Shown here: positions 57,204 to 64,000 of the stretch, piece after piece
Layout of the letters: every line of letters starts with the position of its first letter
Numbering within the stretch: the stretch's first letter is position 1
Origin: an uncultured Phycisphaerales bacterium
GTDB lineage: Bacteria > Planctomycetota > Phycisphaerae > Phycisphaerales > SM1A02
Length of the DNA: 64,000 nt
Assembly: GCA_938084645.1 (NCBI GenBank)
Contig: CALKEP010000027.1
Coordinates: 8,580-72,579 of the forward strand
Direction: 5' to 3'
Translations under genes and position numbers: made by a program
The notes under the pieces: model-generated
The model's database searches: none
What the model was told of the DNA's origin: nothing
What the model saw: the letters and a program-made list of their open reading frames with translations, nothing else

Positions 57204-57243
57204 AACGAGGCGGATGTGGACACGCTCCACATCCGCCTCGTTT
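57204..57243 (+). terminator. Terminator hairpin closing the Fur-divergent operon
   Basis: AACGAGGCGGATGTGGA-cacgc-TCCACATCCGCCTCGTT 17-bp perfect stem. Confidence 0.75.
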
Positions 57244-57468
57244 CGTCGGCCGGAAGCCGCCGCCGGTGGGTGCTCCGAAACTGACCACCGCAGGGTGAGC
57301 GGCCTGGTGTGAATCGACATGGATGTGATGGTGGGGCGACGCATTCGATCTTCGATGCGCTCCAAACGTTTGCCAGTCATTCCGAAGTGCGCACTGGTCC
57401 GGTTCGGCGACTACCTTGGCGCCGAGCGTCCCGTCGGCAACGCCTCGTTCTTTCGCCCACCACATCCA

Positions 57469-58512
57469 ATGAACAGGAGATTGAAGATCTTGAAGCACCT
57501 GACCTCCGGAATCATCATCACGACTGCCTCGCTGGCATTCACGGGCATGGCCACCGCGGGCCAGGGATCGACGCCCGCGTCCATGGAGGAGTTCATCCAC
57601 TGGCACCTGGATCGCGGCGCATGCGGAACGTGGAGCGACACCGGGGTCACGGAGGACATGTGGGTGGGCATTCCCGCCGGGATCGAAGTCACGAACACGC
57701 AGTCGACGTGGTACGACGTTCCGACCGGCGAGCTTTACAACAGTCATCACATGGCGACCAAGGACGGGCGCGTCATTTCCACGGGATCGAACGTGATGAC
57801 CTGGGACGCGGACCGCAAGACCGTCGTGTCGGCAGGGTCCGGGTTCGACATGGGCAAGCCGTACCACGGCAACTCGGTGCTGGTCGGCATGACCGGCGAC
57901 ACCCTGACCTGGGAATACACCGAGCAGTCGCAGGGCAAGACCACGGTCTACGAGAACGTCGTCACCTATACCGGCCTGAACACCCGGACGAGTGCGGTGA
58001 AGGTGAAGGGGTCCGACGGCGAGGCCTGGACCAGCGAGGCCACGCGAGCGAATCCCTGCAAGGCGACACTCGCGGAGGCCGGCCTGCCCGGCACCTGGGA
58101 CAGCACGCGTCCCGACGGGACCATCGACCGCCAGGTCGTCTCCTGGGTCGCGGATGACCATGTGCTCAAGTACGAGCGATCCGCGAAGGCGCCGGGCGGC
58201 GACTGGAAGAGCGAGAGTCTCTTCGTCTGGTACTGGGACCCTGCCTACGACCACGTCGCGACGCTCTACCTCGACGCCCACGGAACGGTGATCCACGGCA
58301 AGGTCGATTCGATCACCCGGAACGGGAACGCCGTGACCATCGTCGCGACCCACGAGGGCAGTCGGTTCGGCGGACTGACCATGAGCACCCAGGCGACTCA
58401 GGTGATCACCCCGAAGACCCTCACCACGACCTTCCAGAACATGTCACTCGACGGCGTGCGACATCCGATGAGCTGGAGCGAAGGCGTCCAGACGGTCGAC
58501 CGGGTGAACTGA
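57469..58512 (+). CDS. Secreted hypothetical beta-rich protein with internal duplication
   Basis: Signal peptide (start may be TTG at 57490 after AGGAGA); two GTW..WD..HG halves. Confidence 0.75.
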   Translation: MNRRLKILKHLTSGIIITTASLAFTGMATAGQGSTPASMEEFIHWHLDRGACGTWSDTGVTEDMWVGIPAGIEVTNTQSTWYDVPTGELYNSHHMATKDGRVISTGSNVMTWDADRKTVVSAGSGFDMGKPYHGNSVLVGMTGDTLTWEYTEQSQGKTTVYENVVTYTGLNTRTSAVKVKGSDGEAWTSEATRANPCKATLAEAGLPGTWDSTRPDGTIDRQVVSWVADDHVLKYERSAKAPGGDWKSESLFVWYWDPAYDHVATLYLDAHGTVIHGKVDSITRNGNAVTIVATHEGSRFGGLTMSTQATQVITPKTLTTTFQNMSLDGVRHPMSWSEGVQTVDRVN

Positions 58513-58737
58513 GATCGGAGATCGGAGCTCGGTGGCGTGCGACACGCCGCCGGCCAACTCGAGGATCCCCTCGCAGGACACCCCGGCCAGGCCCGGGGTG
58601 TCCGTTCGTCCTGGAACGGGGCGGGCGGCCGGGCCGTGGATCTCATCCGGGCGACCGGTTCGGTGTCGGTCGAAGATTGCCGGTCGGTGCTCCCTGAAGT
58701 ACCGTCGTGGTTTCTCCTCGTTCCCTGGAAACCCGAC

Positions 58738-59865
58738 ATGAAGACCCCGTTCGCCCATCCGTTCGCCACGCTCGTCCTTTTCCTCTTCGTCGCGACCGCA
58801 ACGATCTTCAGCGTCCGTGCCGCGAATGCCTGCACCTGCATCACGCTCGAAGCGAGTGACGGCGCAGTGGTGGTGGGACGCACGATGGAATGGGCGGCGT
58901 TCGACGTCGATTCCAGAGTGGTGGTGATTCCCCGGGGTTGCGAATTCAACAGTCCGCTCGAGGGCGGGCGTTCAGGACTCGCCTGGAAGGTGAAGCACGG
59001 CGTCGTCGGCTTCGACTATCTCAAGCGGGAGAACCTGATCGACGGCATGAACGAGAAGGGGCTCGTGGTCAACGGCCTCTACCATCCCGGTTACGCCTCC
59101 TATCCGCCGCTCGACCCGGCGAAGGCCGCCTCGAGCATCGAAGTCACCGACGTTCCCCTGTATCTGCTGGCGACGTGCGCATCGACGGAGGAGGCCCGGG
59201 ACGCGATCAATTCGGTCTCGGTCGTCGCATCGCCGATGAAGGCGCTCGGCGGCATCCAGCCGCCGCTGCACCTCATGGTCACGGAGCCGAGTGGCAAGGC
59301 GATCGTGATCGAGTTTCTCGAGCAGAAGGTCCGGATCTTCGACGCGCCGCTCGGCGTGCTCACGAACGCGCCGACCTACGACTGGCACATGACCAACCTG
59401 CGGAACTATCTGGGCTTCTCGGCGGGAGAGCGGCCGGCGATCGACGTTCGCGGCCAGGAGCTGGCACCCCTCGGGCACGGGACCGGCGCGATCGGACTGC
59501 CCGGCGACATGACGCCGCCGTCCCGGTTCGTACGGGCCGCGGCGTTCTCGGCGAGCGCCCGCCCCACGAAGACCGGGCCGGAGACGATGTACGAGGCGTT
59601 CCGCATCCTCGACAACTTCAACGTGCCGATCGGCGCGGTGAAGGCGGGGGCGGATGGTGATGACGGCTCCGAACTGCGGAGTGGTACGCAGTGGACCGTC
59701 GCCTACGACACCCGGAATCTCACGATTCAGTTCCACACCATGAACAATCGCCGGATCCGTCAGGTCGACATGAAGGACATCGACTTCACTTCCGGGAAGT
59801 GCTATCGCACCCGGCCGATGGACGTCACGCCCGAAGAGGACATCAAGAAGCTGCCGGGCTTCTGA
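58738..59865 (+). CDS. Choloylglycine hydrolase / linear amide C-N hydrolase (Ntn)
   Basis: Signal ANA|CT, GRTME, DGMNEKGL, LTNAP, GLPGD..SRFVR. Confidence 0.92.
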   Translation: MKTPFAHPFATLVLFLFVATATIFSVRAANACTCITLEASDGAVVVGRTMEWAAFDVDSRVVVIPRGCEFNSPLEGGRSGLAWKVKHGVVGFDYLKRENLIDGMNEKGLVVNGLYHPGYASYPPLDPAKAASSIEVTDVPLYLLATCASTEEARDAINSVSVVASPMKALGGIQPPLHLMVTEPSGKAIVIEFLEQKVRIFDAPLGVLTNAPTYDWHMTNLRNYLGFSAGERPAIDVRGQELAPLGHGTGAIGLPGDMTPPSRFVRAAAFSASARPTKTGPETMYEAFRILDNFNVPIGAVKAGADGDDGSELRSGTQWTVAYDTRNLTIQFHTMNNRRIRQVDMKDIDFTSGKCYRTRPMDVTPEEDIKKLPGF

Positions 59866-60127
59866 AGGGCGTACCTGCCGACGCCTCCGCCAGGGCGCGC
59901 CGTGCCGGTGACGTCAGGCCGGAACGTCCGAAACGTTCGAATCGTCCCATCTTGGATTCGTGCACGATCCCGGTGAAGATCTTCGCCGTCGATCCTCGTT
60001 TGAAGATGTTGAAAGGGGGGCGGCGTTGTTTTTCCGCGCGGTCGTCGAGGTTGCGGAACCGGTCGCACCCGGGTTCGTACCGTCGTCCGTTCATCAATCG
60101 AAGAAGGGGCATCGAAAGGTCAGGAGT

Positions 60128-61543
60128 ATGAGACCGAGATCGAATCGATCGACGTCGTTGGCTGGATGCGTGGTCGTGCCTTTGCTCTGTTCGAGCATGC
60201 TTCACGGGCAGCAGTCAGTCGATTTTCAAATCACGGCGGAATGGCAGGGTGGCTACAACGCCGACATCGTGCTCGAGGTGGGCCAGAAGGGCCCGGGACT
60301 GAACGGTTGGGATCTGTCCTGGCTCGGGAATCCCGAAGTCGAGGTCGCCTGGAACTGCGTCCTTTCCACGGACGGTGACCGGACCGTGCTCGGGCACGTC
60401 TACTACAACGAGAACGTCCAACCGGGCGAGTCCGTGACGTTGGGATTCACGGGGATCGGATCATGGCCGCCATCACCGATGGACGTTCGGATCAACGGCA
60501 TGCTCGTCGAGGTGATGATCGACGGCGGCGAAGCCGGCGGTGGTGGGGATGGTGGCGACGACGGGAATGACGGAGACGGGGGAGACGGGGGGGACGGCGA
60601 TGGAGGTGATCACGGAGGCGGTGATCCGGACGGATGCTGCTTCGGTGATCTCGACGGAGATCGCATGGTGAACGGCGGCGATCTGGCCACGCTCCTTGCC
60701 GCATGGAACAGCGCCGACGCGATGGCGGATCTCGACCAGTCGGGTCTCGTGGACGGGGCCGATCTCGCGCAGATGCTCGGCCGATGGGGATCGTGCGATC
60801 CCCACGGTGGCGGGTCGCACGACGACCACATGCCGTGCATGGGGGAATTCATCGACATCACGTGCTGGGGTGACTTCCACGATTCGAACCACAACTCCGG
60901 CCACGAGCAGATGGTCGGTGGCCGGACGATCATCACCACCGAGGCGATGCTTGCCTACAACGATCTTCGAGCCTTCATCGGGCTCCCGCCGTTGGACGTG
61001 GAGGACATCGGTTACTGGGCGTTCGCCGAAGGGCTGACCAACAACACCCAGTGGTGGGGGGACGATCTCAAGGGTGTCGGGCTCTACTACGGCATGCAGG
61101 GCGCGAAGGTCGGGTGGATCACCGACGAGGCCTACGACCCGCAGATCATCGCCGACATCCAGCGCACGGCGCGGACCGTCTGCAATCCGATCGAGATGGA
61201 GGCGCTGGTCATGGACATGGTGCGGGAGTTCGGTATCGACGGGTACGCCGAGCACCTCGAGGCGAACGGCATGGTCGGGACCTTCATCAACACGCTCAAG
61301 ATGGAACCGCACTACGGGGGCTGGATGCACGGCCGTTGCCACGGGTTCCGATCGATCGAAGACGTGGCGATCAATCACGACGTGAATCACCTCACGGTGC
61401 TCAGCTGGGATCAGATGCAGCCCTTCATGAACGACACGTTCGACTGGCCGCAGTGGCCAGCCCTGAACGTCTCGGACTCCGGGGTGATCGAGTACTTCCA
61501 GAGCATGGTGGTGCTCGGCGATCCGGTCGGTCAGAACATGTGA
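60128..61543 (+). CDS. CBM2 + Gly/Asp linker + dockerin-like + His-rich unknown domain
   Basis: W.GGY..I..GW.L.W..WN..PG..GF (CBM2); GDLDGDRMVNGGDL; EPHYGGWMHGRCH..HDVNH. Confidence 0.8.
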   Translation: MRPRSNRSTSLAGCVVVPLLCSSMLHGQQSVDFQITAEWQGGYNADIVLEVGQKGPGLNGWDLSWLGNPEVEVAWNCVLSTDGDRTVLGHVYYNENVQPGESVTLGFTGIGSWPPSPMDVRINGMLVEVMIDGGEAGGGGDGGDDGNDGDGGDGGDGDGGDHGGGDPDGCCFGDLDGDRMVNGGDLATLLAAWNSADAMADLDQSGLVDGADLAQMLGRWGSCDPHGGGSHDDHMPCMGEFIDITCWGDFHDSNHNSGHEQMVGGRTIITTEAMLAYNDLRAFIGLPPLDVEDIGYWAFAEGLTNNTQWWGDDLKGVGLYYGMQGAKVGWITDEAYDPQIIADIQRTARTVCNPIEMEALVMDMVREFGIDGYAEHLEANGMVGTFINTLKMEPHYGGWMHGRCHGFRSIEDVAINHDVNHLTVLSWDQMQPFMNDTFDWPQWPALNVSDSGVIEYFQSMVVLGDPVGQNM

Positions 61544-61677
61544 GGCTGGATCGAGGCGGACGCCGGACGCCTGGTTCGTCCGGTGGCCATGGAGACGAGC
61601 GCACCGCCGGTCCGCAGGGGCCGGCGGTGTGCATTCCGGTGCGGATCACCTCGGCCGAAACTCGATGCGTCGACGCG

Positions 61678-62910
61678 TCATTCCCCTCGCACGTTCACCC
61701 GGAACCCCATCGCTTCGAGACGCGGGACGAGTCGTCTGCCGAACAGCGCTCCGGGCGTGCAGAATGCGTCGCCGATCGATTCCTCGAGATCACCGTCGAG
61801 CAGCGACATGCCGCAGGCGAGCAGCATCCGGGCGGTCGCTGCGTACCCCGGGTCCATGTCCACCTCGAATTCGATCGTCACCGGTGGATCGATCGACACC
61901 GTGCGGTGTCGGACGAATCCGTCCCGCAATCGAGCCGCGTTGGGCCCTTCGCCCGGTGCGGGCAGGAACCAACGACGGGTGATCCAGCGAAGCGGGGGGA
62001 CGACCAGGGCCATGACCATGGCGATGGTGCCTGCCGCGAGCAGGGACGCCTTCATGAATCCGGAGAGGCCCCGGCCACCCGCGGCGCACTCGCGGTATCG
62101 GAAGTCGTCGCCCCACGGGCGGCCCAGCAGCTCGTGGGTGCGATGCACCACCGCGACGTTGATGCCCGCCATGAAAAAGGGGGCCGTCCAGATCCCAAGC
62201 GGAGCGGATCGCCGAATGCCCCATTGGGCGCCGGATCGGATCGGCGGCTCCGGCGGTTCGACGCACAATCCGCCGGCCCCTCGCGGTGCGTTCCGGATCT
62301 CCGGTTCGCCGGCCCGGGCGATCATGTTCGACGCGCTGGCGATGGTTCCACCGCTCACGCCGCCTCGGATCGGACCGACCGCCATCTCGACCTCGGAGGC
62401 GGATCGGCCATGCGTCTCGATCGCGGTCGACTGCAGAAGACGAACGCCCAGTTCGCTTGGAACCGAGTCGTAGCCGCACATCGAGACGATTCGGACACCC
62501 GCCTCGCGAGCGGTGGATTCGTACTTCGTCCGCATGCGCCGCACCCAGGGCACTTCGCCGGTGATGTCGGCGACGTGCGTCCCGGTCGCGATGCATGCTT
62601 CGATCAACGGCTCCCCGACGAGGTCGTACGGTCCGACCGTGGTCAGCACCACGCGGGTGGAGCCGGTCATCGCCCGCATGGACGAGGCGTCATCCAGATC
62701 GGCCACCACCACGTCGGGGGGGGCGACGCCGGTCGCCGCGATCTCGTCTCGAAGGGTCTCCAGTCGGCGACGGGACCGCCCCGCGATCGCCCAGGGGCGA
62801 TCTCCAAGGTGTTCCGCGGTCGCCAACGCGACGAGTCGGCCGGTGTAGCCAGTCGCGCCCCAGATCACGAGGTCATGGGTTCGGACGGATTCGGGCGACA
62901 TCCTGTTCAT
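61678..62910 (-). CDS. Saccharopine dehydrogenase-like oxidoreductase
   Basis: GATGYTG, AIAGR, VGPY, DITGE, CGYDSVPS, SGGT, DPGY. Confidence 0.9.
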   Translation of the reverse strand: MNRMSPESVRTHDLVIWGATGYTGRLVALATAEHLGDRPWAIAGRSRRRLETLRDEIAATGVAPPDVVVADLDDASSMRAMTGSTRVVLTTVGPYDLVGEPLIEACIATGTHVADITGEVPWVRRMRTKYESTAREAGVRIVSMCGYDSVPSELGVRLLQSTAIETHGRSASEVEMAVGPIRGGVSGGTIASASNMIARAGEPEIRNAPRGAGGLCVEPPEPPIRSGAQWGIRRSAPLGIWTAPFFMAGINVAVVHRTHELLGRPWGDDFRYRECAAGGRGLSGFMKASLLAAGTIAMVMALVVPPLRWITRRWFLPAPGEGPNAARLRDGFVRHRTVSIDPPVTIEFEVDMDPGYAATARMLLACGMSLLDGDLEESIGDAFCTPGALFGRRLVPRLEAMGFRVNVRGE

Positions 62911-63019
62911 GGCCCCACGGTAGCCATCTGGACGATCGTCGGCCGATCCCCACGCGACTTCGGGAGGCGGTCGCGGGCGCGAGGAATGCACGATTCGGGG
63001 AGTCGACCCGCGTTCGACT

Positions 63020-64000
63020 TCAGACGTCGCCGCCGCTCGCTGCAATCCTGGCGCCGTACGTCTTCGAGAGCGAATTGGCGGAAAGTCCATGCAGCACGAC
63101 ACTGAGCAGGATGGTCCAGGTCACGGTGGTGGCGAGGACGTCCGATCCCGGGAGCGTCTCGTCCGTCACGAGCACCACGAACACGATGCTCGCGAGTCCC
63201 CGTGGTCCGAACCATCCCATGAAGAGCCGGGTCTCCCAACGGAGTCCGAGTCCGATCGCGGCGATGAAGACCGGGATGATCCGAATCACGGTCAGGCTCG
63301 TCAGGGCGTAGGCGAAGACCCGCCAGTCGAGATGCTGCCAGGTGAGTCCCACCGCGACGGCGCCGAACATGAACCAGGTCACCAGCGCCATCGAGTCGCC
63401 GACCCCTTCCGCGGCGTCGAGGAGACGTCGCTTGTTCCGTTTCTCGGTGGTGCCGAAGATCATGCCCGCGACGAAGCAGGCGATGAACCCGCTTCCCTCG
63501 AACCACTGGGCCGTCGCGAAGCAGGTCAGGGCCAGGGCGATCACCGGGATCTGCATCCACGACCCGGCGACCCATCCCCTCGTGGAACAGTGCCGGATCA
63601 GTCGGCCGCCGACGAGTCCGGCCACGCCACCGACCAGAACACCGATGCCGATCGCCTGCAACGTGAGCTTCGCCATCAAGCCGGCGGCGTGACCCGACTC
63701 CGTGTCGCCGACGGCCATCGCGAGGAAGAAGAGAAGCACCGGCACGCAGATGCCGTCGTTCAGACCGCTTTCGACGTTCAGACTCTCCCGGACGGATTCC
63801 GGGACCACGGGATTGGTGACCACCGCCTTGCCGAGTGCGGCATCGGTCGGCGCCAGCATGGTGGCGAGGAGCGCGATCTCGAACAGGCCGAGCTCGTCGA
63901 AGAAGAGCCACCCCGTCGCGAACCCCAGCACGATGGTGAGGGGGAGTCCGATGAACAGGAGCCGGATCGGGATGGCCTCGATGCGACGCAGGGTCGCGAG
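63020..64000 (-). CDS. CPA1/NhaP-type cation:proton antiporter (5' part outside window)
   Basis: LAPTDAALG, ESGLNDG, GWFGPRGLASIVF. Confidence 0.9.
   Translation of the reverse strand, partial: LATLRRIEAIPIRLLFIGLPLTIVLGFATGWLFFDELGLFEIALLATMLAPTDAALGKAVVTNPVVPESVRESLNVESGLNDGICVPVLLFFLAMAVGDTESGHAAGLMAKLTLQAIGIGVLVGGVAGLVGGRLIRHCSTRGWVAGSWMQIPVIALALTCFATAQWFEGSGFIACFVAGMIFGTTEKRNKRRLLDAAEGVGDSMALVTWFMFGAVAVGLTWQHLDWRVFAYALTSLTVIRIIPVFIAAIGLGLRWETRLFMGWFGPRGLASIVFVVLVTDETLPGSDVLATTVTWTILLSVVLHGLSANSLSKTYGARIAASGGDV

Noticed and set aside
60520..60635. GGN-GAY low-complexity repeats as an array
   Set aside because: They encode the Gly/Asp linker of the CBM2 protein; no repeat-spacer structure
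1..64000. CRISPR arrays, tRNA/rRNA genes, integrases, defence systems
   Set aside because: None recognised by eye; tRNAscan, Infernal and CRISPR finders would be needed to exclude them formally

Overview
High-GC bacterial window, most likely Planctomycetota, class Phycisphaerae. This is inferred from two PSD1/planctomycete cytochrome c + DUF1501 gene pairs, DUF1080, a prepilin-type protein, three VPAP..RRRR PEP-CTERM-like tails and six dockerin-like 'DLNGDGxVDGADLGLLLAAWG' modules. About 55 genes are supported. I recognised no rRNA, tRNA, CRISPR array or transposase. Main points: (1) a Fur/Zur-family divergon with a palindromic, apparently bidirectional promoter, driving a pilin-like protein and two paralogous His-motif surface proteins with different C-terminal anchors (candidate metal-scavenging system); (2) a 2.3-kb segment bracketed by a 101-bp duplicate of the 3' end of a ZIP transporter gene, holding an FkbM methyltransferase and a collapsed cbb3 oxidase relic (ccoN 5' part, probable ccoI 3' part); (3) two copies of a winged-helix + LuxR dual-HTH regulator, each divergent from a surface-anchored protein; (4) an H-NOX / HNOBA hybrid kinase pair; (5) a CBM2-dockerin protein with an unrecognised His-rich domain. 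All family assignments come from motif recognition by eye, not database searches. Several starts were trimmed to the likely RBS-supported codon.
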